A stretch of 64,000 nucleotides of DNA from Candidatus Woykebacteria bacterium (lineage in GTDB: Bacteria > Patescibacteriota > Microgenomatia > Woykebacterales > RBG-16-39-9b), in the NCBI GenBank assembly GCA_040876345.1, contig JBBDPM010000006.1, positions 182,431-246,430 on the forward strand, in the 5' to 3' direction. Below the pieces are notes generated by a model that was given only the letters and a program-made list of their open reading frames with translations, was not told the origin of the DNA and ran no database searches. The position numbers were made by a program, and so were the translations under genes. Below are positions 29,237 to 38,356 of this stretch, piece after piece (the first letter of the stretch is position 1; every line of letters starts with the position of its first letter).

Positions 29237-29599
29237 TTAGCCGGTTGCGGGCATAGGCGCGACAGCGATCCTCGTACCGCGGGCGGTGGTCTCAATAATG
29301 ACGGCCACCACCTTGCGGAGCTGCTCGAAGCGTTCGAGAAGCTGGCGAACGATGTCTGGCTGCGTCGTACAGCTCACCTCGACAACATGCTCGCATCGCA
29401 GCCCGTTGCCCTCGAAGACGATGCCACCACCCACTTCCAGGGCGCCCTTCTTCTCAGGCTCCGCGAAGACGACCGTCAGACCTCCCATAGTGATGGATGC
29501 CCCCGGGCCCTGCCGATTCACTTTCAGTGCCAAACGTTCCCTCCTCCATGAGTTACCGGAGACTAGCGCTGCGGGTCCTTCTACCCCACATCTCTGCAC
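29237..29599 (-). CDS. Hypothetical protein (GC-rich island)
   Basis: Protein-like composition, AT-rich promoter region upstream (29600-29800). Confidence 0.35.
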   Translation of the reverse strand: MQRCGVEGPAALVSGNSWRRERLALKVNRQGPGASITMGGLTVVFAEPEKKGALEVGGGIVFEGNGLRCEHVVEVSCTTQPDIVRQLLERFEQLRKVVAVIIETTARGTRIAVAPMPATG

Positions 29600-29815
29600 T
29601 CCGAAGGCTTTGACTAGCCCAAGCTACCTTTTAGGTAATCCTAAAAAACAGTTTGCACAAGTCAAACATTCTGTATTTTACACTAATTTGTAAAGTAATA
29701 TGCAAAAACCTAAAATTCCCCCCAATCTTTAAACAAACTCAGCCCAAATAAGCAAGAAGGGCAGGGGAATATTTCATCTCTCTGCCCTTCCGGGAATCCT
29801 TTCCGTAGAGTGTGG

Positions 29816-29974
29816 CTACCTTGCCTTGTCAGCGCCTTCCATCAACCCTTCCACTTTGCTTATTGCATCCATGGCTGGGTCTAGGAAGACAGGGAGCGCG
29901 AAAACGGCGATGATGACTGCTAATGCTAGCAGCAATCCAACCGTCAACAGTCCCCCTGAGGAACCACTTCTCAC
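29816..29974 (-). CDS. Small membrane protein (52 aa)
   Basis: GGAGG then 8 nt then GTG; single TM GLLTVGLLLALAVIIAVFALPVF; below ORF-track cutoff. Confidence 0.35.
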   Translation of the reverse strand: MRSGSSGGLLTVGLLLALAVIIAVFALPVFLDPAMDAISKVEGLMEGADKAR

Positions 29975-30116
29975 GGTATTCACCTCCAGAAAAAGTAGTG
30001 TCGAATTTCTTCGACCCTCGACTGAAATCCACCTTCCAGAAGATGGCCTTCAGTTGAGCCCTGGGGGAACACGCATCCGAAGATTTGTGTCCCCCAGGGC
30101 GGCGGCAGGAAGTTGT

Positions 30117-30710
30117 CTACTGGCTGGGGGCGGCGGTCGGCTGGACGGGTTTGTTGAAGCGCCTCCGCAGTGCGGAAAAGAACGCCTTCAACCCAGTCCG
30201 TATTCCATACCTGTACCGGTGGACGACCACACCCGCCCCAAACGCGACGATACTTGCGGCTGCGAGGGCGGTTCTCCAGTGTGGCCAATCGTTGTCGGTT
30301 GGGACCCGAACGGCCCGAACCACAACCGGTTGACCGACCCACTGCCACGGAATCTCGAGCTCCACACCCGGCAGAAGTGGGCAATTCCCGAAGGGAATCC
30401 CCGTCTGCTGGGCAGCCCGAGAGATCGTCTCGACGTTGTTGCCGGTATAGAGCAGCTGATGCCACTCTCCCGGCCTACCAAGCGCCGTGGCGATCCTCGA
30501 GCATGTATCGTTGTCACCGACGACCCACGTGCCGCCGGGCGGCAGCATGCCGCCGAGCACCTCGTCCTCCTGGTTCTCCTGCGCACTCGCGCTGTGGGCG
30601 AAAGTGAACAGGATGATGATGAGCGCTACTAACCCCACGATCAGCGCGAGTAGCAGGGCTCCATTCCCTCTCTGGTAACCCGGTTGGCGCATGTAACCTC
30701 CTTGCTGCAT
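30117..30710 (-). CDS. LysM-domain membrane protein
   Basis: N-terminal TM, LysM-like WVVGDNDTCSRIATALGRPGEWHQLLYTGNNVE, C-terminal TM. Confidence 0.45.
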   Translation of the reverse strand: MQQGGYMRQPGYQRGNGALLLALIVGLVALIIILFTFAHSASAQENQEDEVLGGMLPPGGTWVVGDNDTCSRIATALGRPGEWHQLLYTGNNVETISRAAQQTGIPFGNCPLLPGVELEIPWQWVGQPVVVRAVRVPTDNDWPHWRTALAAASIVAFGAGVVVHRYRYGIRTGLKAFFSALRRRFNKPVQPTAAPSQ

Positions 30711-31109
30711 ACTTCCTGCCTGCCGAAACTAATTACCAGATATCCTGATAGCCAGATTCGGCAGACAAACTTAATTTTCAAAGAACGAAAGCTCTTATCT
30801 TACAGCAATGGACATTATCTGCTAAATCACCCTGGTGACTCGGCCTCAAATGCCCACGAAATAGTACCTATTATATCAGAAAATGCTGGAAAAGTCAAAT
30901 ACTATAAGTCGCTACATAACTTCGAGACCAGCGAGCTTCTTGTAGCTCAAGGAGTGATCGCAGAGCGCGAAGCGATCTATTTATCAGGTATTCTCGCGCC
31001 TTGCGCTAGCCAACTTTTGGCTAGATAAGGACTCTTATTGAAGGGCTAGTAGTGGTGGGGTGGCGCGCTTCCTCAGATGCTACGCGCCTGCCCCAAAATG
31101 ACCTCCGCC

Positions 31110-31583
31110 TCACTTCTCCTGAGCTTCTCCCCTGATCGCGATGGCGTAGAGAAGATCGTCGACTTGCCGCTCACTCTCCGGGTCCGGACCAGTCTGCCCT
31201 ACCTCGAGATAGTTCCTCAGCCTCTGCACTCGAGGCGCTAAGTCCGCATCCGTAACACCCTTTCCCAGAGTAACCGCAGTGCTCAGGTATCGGAGGACGA
31301 GGAACACTCGCTCCCTATCGAGAGCATCGTAGTAATGGTAAACCCCATCTTCCCGATCCGCCTCGATCATCAGCATCGTGCGATCGAAGACACCAAGCGC
31401 CCAGTTCGCCGTCTTTTCATCAAACTGCAACTGGATCAAGTGACCAACGTTGATTGCTTCGCTTTCTAGGCGGAGCTCCTCCCTGAGTTGGATGTTTTCC
31501 TGCCGCGTGTCATGCCAGGCAACCCCGAAGATAATTGCGCTGGCAGTTGTGATTGCCGCCAACGCTGATAGGAACAGGCTCAT
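31110..31583 (-). CDS. Hypothetical membrane-anchored protein (GC-rich island)
   Basis: N-terminal TM MSLFLSALAAITTASAIIFGVAW, 157 aa. Confidence 0.4.
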   Translation of the reverse strand: MSLFLSALAAITTASAIIFGVAWHDTRQENIQLREELRLESEAINVGHLIQLQFDEKTANWALGVFDRTMLMIEADREDGVYHYYDALDRERVFLVLRYLSTAVTLGKGVTDADLAPRVQRLRNYLEVGQTGPDPESERQVDDLLYAIAIRGEAQEK

Positions 31584-31960
31584 CGTTGTTTCCCTCCTTC
31601 CGTGAACCAGTCCCCGCCGTCCAGGACGTTTGAAAGAATATTAACGCTTATGCACTTAATGGTCAAGAAATTCATTAATAGAAAAATGGTGAAAAAAGCT
31701 GTAGGCGGCGCGTGCTCCGTGAGGAAACTCGCGCCGCACCAAACGTTGCTGGCCAGGTTTTCAGAAGGTAGTTCCGTCAGACGCACCTTCGGGGACCGGA
31801 GTCGGCGTTTCGTACGCGGCGCAGGGATCGAATATAGGTCAAGAGATTGGTTTGGCTACGTTTGGGGCACTTCTTCTTTAGTCTGAGGCTTTGTCCGAGC
31901 TCATCCACTTACTTAAATACTCTTATTTACTTTTATTCTTCGCTGATTTATACTTTTGTC

Positions 31961-32197
31961 ATGAATTTCCGCGTTTTTATTACTCAAGATGAAAGTGGTG
32001 TTTATGTAGCCTCTGTTCCAAGCCTTCCGGGCTGCCACAGTCAAGGTAAGAGCGTTGAAGAAGCCACTAAAAACATTAGGGAGGCTATTACTGGGTGGAT
32101 CGACGTGGCTAAGGAATTTGGTGATCCAATACCTTCTGACGATACGGAAGTAATTGAACTAAACGTAAAAGTTGCCGAACCTGCAACATCTCAATGA
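31961..32197 (+). CDS. hicB: Type II antitoxin HicB (UPF0150)
   Basis: MNFRVFITQDESGVYVASVPSLPGCHSQGKSVEEATKNIREAI is the classic HicB/UPF0150 pattern; start set to the internal ATG. Confidence 0.8.
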   Translation: MNFRVFITQDESGVYVASVPSLPGCHSQGKSVEEATKNIREAITGWIDVAKEFGDPIPSDDTEVIELNVKVAEPATSQ

Positions 32198-32415
32198 AAC
32201 TTCCAGTCGTATCTGGTAACGAGTTTGTGAAACGAGTGAAGAGTAAAGGTTTTATCTTTGAAAAACAAGAGGGCTCGCACATGATGTTGCGCCTCACCCA
32301 ACACCCATTCACTAAATTATCCGTACCGAGACATAAAGAACTTAGTAAAGGCCTGCTGCGTCGTCTATTACGAGATGCGGATATTACAGTTGAAGAGTTT
32401 GGAAAGCTCAAATAA
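32194..32415 (+). CDS. hicA: Type II toxin HicA (mRNA interferase)
   Basis: MKLPVVSGNEFVKRVKSKGFIFEKQEGSHMML: YcfA/HicA fold with conserved GSH; 4-nt overlap with hicB. Confidence 0.8.
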   Translation: MKLPVVSGNEFVKRVKSKGFIFEKQEGSHMMLRLTQHPFTKLSVPRHKELSKGLLRRLLRDADITVEEFGKLK

Positions 32416-32421
32416 AATTCA

Positions 32422-34485
32422 TTAAGTTTCCGTTTTTACAGCCTGCACCTCCGGCTTTGTCCAGCTCATCCATTTGCATTTGGGGTAGCCGGAACAGCCG
32501 TAAAAAGGTCTGCCCTTTCGGGTTCGTTTGATAACGACTGGATCGCCAGACTCTGGACATTTGGCGTCTATTTTTTCTTCAAAAGCCTTTGTGTATTTGT
32601 GTTCGGGGAATTTTTCGCAGGCTAAAAATTTGCCAAAACGGCCGTAGCGAATTACAAGGGGATGACCATCTGGGCATTTCTCATCTGTAAGCTCGGCAAA
32701 CACCTTTACTCTTTCTGCCTCGGCCGTTACTTTATCCAAATGCTCTGCGAAAGGATCGTAAAACTCTCGAATCATCGGTACCCATTCCCTTCTGCCGTTT
32801 GCAATTTCATCTAGTTCATCTTCTCTTTTGGCGGTAAACCCAGGGTCAAGCTCTTCTGAAAAATTTTTAACAAGAAAATCATTGGTGGCTGCTCCCAAAG
32901 GAGTTGGCCGAAGTTTCCGATCTTCTCGCTCAACGTAGTGGCGATCTAAGATTGTGGAAATAATCGGCGCATAAGTACTTGGCCGACCAATCCCTCGCTC
33001 CTCCAAAGCTTTGATCAGGGAAGCCTCTGTATATCTTGGTGGAGGCTCGGTGAAATGTTGGCTTGGCAAAAGCTTGCTTAAATCAAGATCGGTTCCTTCT
33101 GGAAGTGGTGGAACTTTTTTCTCTTCATCCCCAATTGCTTCCCCTTCCTCCCTACCATAAACTTTCTTCCAGCCTGGGAATTTTATAATCGATCCAACTG
33201 CCCTAAATAGATATTGGATTTTAGATTTAGGATTTTGGGCTGAGATATCCAAACTAACTTGATCGTAAACAGCATCTGCCATCTGCCCCGCCACAAATCT
33301 GCTCCAAATCAACCCATAAAGTTTTTTGTGATCATTTGGCATTTGAATTTTGGCATTTGACATCCCCACGTCAGTGGGCCTTATTGCCTCGTGCGCTTCC
33401 TGTGCTGACCTTGATTTAGTTTTGTAAACTCTTGCAGAAGGCGGTAAATAATCTTTGCCAAACTCTTTTTCGATGAATTTCCTGGCTGCCGAAAGAGCTA
33501 CTGGCGCAAGATTGAAAGAATCAGTGCGGTGGTAAGTAATTATTCCTTCTTCATAAAGATCTTGGGCAAGCTTCATTGTTTTTTTCGAGGTAAAGCCGAA
33601 GGTATTAGCCGCTCCCTGAGTCATCGTCGAAGTGGTAAAAGGCGGGTAAGGAGCCTTCCTAACATCTTTTTGTTCTGACCGAATTACTTTCCAGGCTGTA
33701 TCTTTTGATTCTAAGTCTGAGGTAATTTCTTTCGACTCCTTTTCATTCTTAACCTCTGCCTTCTTGTCCCCAGTCTTAACCAAACCCGCCAAAAAATCCT
33801 CTTTTTGGCTTTTGGCTTTTGGCTTTTGACTCAATAGTGCTTCAATATTCCAGTACTCCACCGCCACAAACTGCTCAATCTCCCGCTCTCGTTCGACTAT
33901 CAAACGGACCGCAACTGATTGCACTCTTCCCGCCGAGAGCCCCCGTTTTACCTTCCTCCAAAGCAATGGGGAAAGTTTATAGCCTACTAAACGGTCTAAC
34001 ACTCTCCGGGCGGTTTGAGCATCAACCAGCTGGAAATCTATATCCCGTGGGGCTCTGAGAGCTTCAAGAATGGCTTCTTTAGTTATCTCATGGAAAACAA
34101 TACGCTTCGTAATAAGTGGGGCCTTAACAGCCACAGGTTTTTTATCATTTTTTTCTTTCTTGGAGCTTGTTACTTGGGTCTTGTTACTTATTAATTGACT
34201 AATATGCCAAGCGATTGCCTCTCCTTCCCTGTCTGGGTCGGTCGCTAAAAGTACTTGTTCAGATTTTTCCGATAAGTGCTTGAGACTCTCGACCGTCTTC
34301 CTTTTATCTTTCGGAATAACATAATCTGGCTCAAAATTATGATCAGTATCTACCCCAAGCTTTGATTTGGGCAAATCGCGCACGTGCCCCATTGAGGCCT
34401 CGATTTGATAATTTTTATCTAAAAATCGGGAAAGTGTACGTGCTTTTGTTGGGCTTTCGACTATAACCAAGATTTTTGGCATCAT
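32422..34485 (-). CDS. topA: DNA topoisomerase I
   Basis: Toprim ILVIVESPTKA, catalytic Tyr region ITYHRTDS, C-terminal C4 zinc ribbons. Confidence 0.9.
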   Translation of the reverse strand: MMPKILVIVESPTKARTLSRFLDKNYQIEASMGHVRDLPKSKLGVDTDHNFEPDYVIPKDKRKTVESLKHLSEKSEQVLLATDPDREGEAIAWHISQLISNKTQVTSSKKEKNDKKPVAVKAPLITKRIVFHEITKEAILEALRAPRDIDFQLVDAQTARRVLDRLVGYKLSPLLWRKVKRGLSAGRVQSVAVRLIVEREREIEQFVAVEYWNIEALLSQKPKAKSQKEDFLAGLVKTGDKKAEVKNEKESKEITSDLESKDTAWKVIRSEQKDVRKAPYPPFTTSTMTQGAANTFGFTSKKTMKLAQDLYEEGIITYHRTDSFNLAPVALSAARKFIEKEFGKDYLPPSARVYKTKSRSAQEAHEAIRPTDVGMSNAKIQMPNDHKKLYGLIWSRFVAGQMADAVYDQVSLDISAQNPKSKIQYLFRAVGSIIKFPGWKKVYGREEGEAIGDEEKKVPPLPEGTDLDLSKLLPSQHFTEPPPRYTEASLIKALEERGIGRPSTYAPIISTILDRHYVEREDRKLRPTPLGAATNDFLVKNFSEELDPGFTAKREDELDEIANGRREWVPMIREFYDPFAEHLDKVTAEAERVKVFAELTDEKCPDGHPLVIRYGRFGKFLACEKFPEHKYTKAFEEKIDAKCPESGDPVVIKRTRKGRPFYGCSGYPKCKWMSWTKPEVQAVKTET

Positions 34486-34606
34486 TTAAATATTAACAGT
34501 TCTGTAAAGGATTAAAACCCAACTCTCTTGACTAGCCGTTGCTTGCACGCTAAAATGTTTGCCGGAAACGGCATCGTAAAGAGATCTGGAAGAGCAAGGA
34601 GGATCT

Positions 34607-35278
34607 GTGGTCCAGCAAAGCATCCCTAAAACTCGACGGCAAGACCTTTTCGTTCGCAACGGCAACACTGCCCCCACAACTCCAACACTGCTACAGCTGG
34701 CGGGGGAACCTGACGGACTCCGCGAGGACCTTTTCACCGATTTCTGGAGGCCATGGATCGCTTTCGGATGCGGAGATGGACGTTGGGTAGCCATAACGGA
34801 TTTCATGGTGGCTGCTCGGAACGCTGGCGGTACTGATCAACCCTCACCACTGGGCGGAATTCGCAAAGTGGCGGAGTACCTACGGGCAGGTGATAAATCA
34901 GCCTTAAGGCTGGTCGTGGACGAGATTGACTTCGCTCATGATCACCACGGAGTAGTTGCAGTTCAACTCATTGCTCACCCACTCTGTGGAGCGACAAGAG
35001 TTGAGGTCTGTAAAGCAATTCCTGAGGCAAGCTCGATCTACAGGAGCCCAACGAAGGGCGATCCCCAACTCTTTTACTCCACCATGATGGCGGAGCTGGG
35101 AATACAACGGTCTGACTTCGACAAGGTGCGGCGCTGGATATTCCAAACCTTCCCGTTCATCGTCGCTGTCCAGTACCTCAGAGTCACTAAGTATCGTCTG
35201 ACCCTCTTCAGCGACCACGAACTCGCAGTCGCAAAGGCTGTGCAGGAACTCAAGTCGCAAGGCAACTGGACGGAGTAG
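34607..35278 (+). CDS. Hypothetical protein (223 aa) on GC-rich island
   Basis: Protein-like composition; followed by a 13-bp perfect hairpin at 35296-35327. Confidence 0.35.
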   Translation: MVQQSIPKTRRQDLFVRNGNTAPTTPTLLQLAGEPDGLREDLFTDFWRPWIAFGCGDGRWVAITDFMVAARNAGGTDQPSPLGGIRKVAEYLRAGDKSALRLVVDEIDFAHDHHGVVAVQLIAHPLCGATRVEVCKAIPEASSIYRSPTKGDPQLFYSTMMAELGIQRSDFDKVRRWIFQTFPFIVAVQYLRVTKYRLTLFSDHELAVAKAVQELKSQGNWTE

Positions 35279-35295
35279 AGGTAGGTAGCGTGGGG

Positions 35296-35327
35296 GCATG
35301 GTGTTTTTAGCGGAAAACACCATGCCT
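35296..35327 (+). terminator. Hairpin terminator after the island gene
   Basis: GGCATGGTGTTTT-TAGCGG-AAAACACCATGCC perfect 13-bp stem. Confidence 0.35.
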
Positions 35328-35552
35328 CAGGTCCGTACCTGTTTAGATTGAACAAACCAAAACCCAAAACTTTTACTTCGTTTTTATACCCATCAAAGAA
35401 AGCAGCGACCCCACTTTTGCAGCCTCAATTCCCAGAACAGCAGCCAAAGACATACTATGGGCGGAGATCAAGTTTGATCTCCTGTCAATGACAAAATTTC
35501 CGATCGTGAAAAGTGTCATGACTAGGTATAGATTTTGGACTCTTGGTAAAAA

Positions 35553-37079
35553 CTATTCGTACTCTATCGTCGCTGGGGGTTTTTGGGTGACGTCGTAAAC
35601 TACTCGATTTACTCCTTTGACTTCATTGACTATCCGACTCGAGATTTTCTCAAGCACATCATGGGGCATTTTGAACCAATCCGCAGTCATTCCATCCACG
35701 CTCGTCACTGCTCGAAGAGTGATAATATATTGATAAGTTCGCAAGTCCCCCATCACCCCGACAGTTTTAATTGGCAAAAGCGCAGCAAAAGCCTGCCAAA
35801 TTTTATCGTAAAGCTTGGTTTTCTTTAGCTCTTCTATATAAACTGCGTCTGCTTCCCGAAGAATTTCGAGCCGCTCGGGCGTGACCTCCCCAACAATTCG
35901 AACCGCAAGGCCAGGCCCCGGAAATGGATGGCGAAACAAAGCTTCGGTGGGAAGCCGAAGCTGCATCCCAAGGGAACGTACCTCATCCTTATAGAAGTTT
36001 CGGAGTGGCTCGACAACCTGAAATTTGAGCTTTTCCGGCAAAGTTAGATTGTGATGGCTTTTTATTTTGGTGCTCTGCTTGCTAGTCGAAGCAGACTCCA
36101 CTCTGTCTGGGTAGATTGTCCCTTGAGCAAAAAAGCGAATTTTTTCCTTTTTTTCTAGCGAGGCTGCTACATCCTCAAAAACTTTAATGAAAGTGTGGCC
36201 AATTATTTTTCTTTTTTCCTCTGGATCCTCAATTTTTTTTAATTTTCTTAAGAAGATATTTGAAGCGTCTACTTTAATAAAATTTGCAAACCTTTGTTTT
36301 CTGAATAAAAATTCCACCTCCTCCGCCTCATTTTTTCGAAGTAGCCCAGTGTCGATGAAAACAGCAAAAAGATTATCTCCAATTGCTTTATAAAGAAGGT
36401 TGGAAGCTACCAGGGAGTCCACTCCACCAGAAACACCAATAAGAACTTTTTCCTCGCCTAGATTTTCCTTAAGATTCTTGATTAGCTCTTTGGTTATATC
36501 TTTGATTTGCCAGCTTTTTTTAGCCTTGCAAATCCCAAAAACGAAGTTTTTCAAAATCGCCTGTCCATACTCGGTGTGGGCAACTTCAGGGTGAAACTGC
36601 ACTGCGTATATTTTTTGTTCAATATTGGAGAAAGCGCTGATAGGGCAATAGTTACTCCTTGCTATTATTTCAAAATCTGCTGGGAGTTTTTTGACCAAAT
36701 CCCCGTGAGATAGCCAAACTGTTTGGCTATCTGAAAGCCCTTTAAAAAGCAGGCTTTTAGTGTTTAATTTAATCCTTTCTTTCCCATATTCCCTACTCCT
36801 TCCTTCTTCAACCTCTCCCCCTTTTTCTTTTGCTAGAAGTTGTAGTCCGTAACAAATGCCGAGGATTGGAATATTAAGATCAAATACCTTTGGATTAAGC
36901 TTGGGGGAACCTTTTCCATAAACAGAGGAGGGCCCGCCGGAAAGAATAACACCCTCAAGAGTATTAAGCCCGCCAAGGTCCACTTTTGGGCCAAAAATTT
37001 CGGCCGCTACCCCAAGCTCTCGAATTCTCCGAGAAATAAGATGAGTATATTGGCTACCATAATCCAAAACTGCAATCAT
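35553..37079 (-). CDS. guaA: GMP synthase (glutamine-hydrolysing)
   Basis: GATase domain with catalytic Cys (GICYGLQ), ATP-PPase SGGVDS motif. Confidence 0.9.
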   Translation of the reverse strand: MIAVLDYGSQYTHLISRRIRELGVAAEIFGPKVDLGGLNTLEGVILSGGPSSVYGKGSPKLNPKVFDLNIPILGICYGLQLLAKEKGGEVEEGRSREYGKERIKLNTKSLLFKGLSDSQTVWLSHGDLVKKLPADFEIIARSNYCPISAFSNIEQKIYAVQFHPEVAHTEYGQAILKNFVFGICKAKKSWQIKDITKELIKNLKENLGEEKVLIGVSGGVDSLVASNLLYKAIGDNLFAVFIDTGLLRKNEAEEVEFLFRKQRFANFIKVDASNIFLRKLKKIEDPEEKRKIIGHTFIKVFEDVAASLEKKEKIRFFAQGTIYPDRVESASTSKQSTKIKSHHNLTLPEKLKFQVVEPLRNFYKDEVRSLGMQLRLPTEALFRHPFPGPGLAVRIVGEVTPERLEILREADAVYIEELKKTKLYDKIWQAFAALLPIKTVGVMGDLRTYQYIITLRAVTSVDGMTADWFKMPHDVLEKISSRIVNEVKGVNRVVYDVTQKPPATIEYE

Positions 37080-37141
37080 CCAAAGAATTATAGCAGACTG
37101 CGCTTAGGCTGGGAATGAGAGAAAAGAGGGCTTCCTAAAAC

Positions 37142-38311
37142 CTAGAGGTTAGTATCAACTTCTTCTTTCGAACGGGTTAATCGGCCTCGGAACATGAAGA
37201 GTATAAAAGCGACCAAAACTGCTATTCCAATAAGGCCCAAACCAAGCATCTGGGTTGTAGTTAAACCTTGTAGCGCCAGCGCCCCGGCAACTTTCACTTC
37301 AAATGTTTGTACCCCATCTTTCTGGGCAACCTTGACAATTTGAGAGATACTTTTACCTTGATAATCAACTAAAACAGCTCTTTCACCATCCTCCACGTCT
37401 TTATAATTAGCTGCCCCTTTTTCATCGGTACCAACTTCTCCATACGATACTAAAGTAACTTTAGCTCCTTCAATTGGAACTCCATCTTTGTCGACAACTT
37501 TAATCTGAACTTGATATCCGGGCACTGTAAAGCTTTGATCAGTTGATACTCCCTTATTACCAGAGCCATCCTTACTTATCACTCTGTAATGAACGGCAGT
37601 ACCAGGCTCCAAAAGCCTTTTATCAAGGGCGATGGCGTGGCTTTTCGTAAGCTTGCTACTAGCTGCAATAATGCCGTATTTACTAGTTGGTCCCCATTCA
37701 ACCGTAGAATCTGAATCTTCATTTGTCGCCCAGGCTATAGTAGCACTTGTCCGGGTAAGCTTAGTAACCTTGACGCTAGAGACTTTTGGCGCTGTTTTAT
37801 CCTGAGCTTTAGGTTTTGGCGGTGGTGGCGCAGCTTTAAAAGTGTAGGTTCCGCCTGCTACACTAGTCAAAAGGTTTGCGCCACTTCCACTACCTGCCAA
37901 ACCTGATCCAGACTTGTTGATGCTAACTGAAGCTGTACCAGAGCTAACTTTGGCTCTGAATTTAATAGTAGCAACTAAATTGCTGCCAGATTTACCAGAT
38001 CCTGACACTCCTGCAACAACATAAATCGATCCACTACCGCCCTTAGATAAATCATACAAAGTAAAAGAACCGTTCCCGAAACCAAGGAAATCCAACTTAT
38101 TAGCTGGGTAAGTTATCCTTGTCTCAATTGCGTTTACTTTGGACCCACTACTCACCCTTAAAGAAACTGTAAAATCGCTGCCTTGAGTTACTGTAGAGCT
38201 CGAGGGAGAAAGAGAAAGGCTACCAGCACCTAGAACTGGCTTTGTAACAAGGAAAGAAAAAATTCCGAGGAAAAAAATTACGGTTAGGAATCTGGACAGA
38301 ATCTTTATCAT
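37142..38311 (-). CDS. Membrane-anchored cohesin-like domain protein with FN3 domain (putative dockerin receptor / scaffoldin)
   Basis: Signal peptide, about 140-aa beta-sandwich with a cohesin-like pattern (TVSLRVSSGSKVNAIETRITYPANKLDFLGF...ATIKFRAKVSSGTASV), Pro-rich linker, FN3 (SATIAWAT...EWG...YRV), C-terminal TM anchor. Confidence 0.5.
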   Translation of the reverse strand: MIKILSRFLTVIFFLGIFSFLVTKPVLGAGSLSLSPSSSTVTQGSDFTVSLRVSSGSKVNAIETRITYPANKLDFLGFGNGSFTLYDLSKGGSGSIYVVAGVSGSGKSGSNLVATIKFRAKVSSGTASVSINKSGSGLAGSGSGANLLTSVAGGTYTFKAAPPPPKPKAQDKTAPKVSSVKVTKLTRTSATIAWATNEDSDSTVEWGPTSKYGIIAASSKLTKSHAIALDKRLLEPGTAVHYRVISKDGSGNKGVSTDQSFTVPGYQVQIKVVDKDGVPIEGAKVTLVSYGEVGTDEKGAANYKDVEDGERAVLVDYQGKSISQIVKVAQKDGVQTFEVKVAGALALQGLTTTQMLGLGLIGIAVLVAFILFMFRGRLTRSKEEVDTNL

Positions 38312-38356
38312 CTATATTAAATATAAGGTGTAGGCGCTTTACTTGTCAATTTTAAT

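Noticed and set aside
29826-30632. 268-aa plus-strand ORF and several other long ORFs overlapping it on both strands (30170..30607, 30188..30586, 29980..30465)
   Set aside because: High-GC sequence yields long ORFs in all frames. The products are Arg/Pro/Ser/Ala-rich with low complexity. The minus-strand LysM gene and small TM gene in the same region have RBSs and recognisable domains, so these are treated as spurious.
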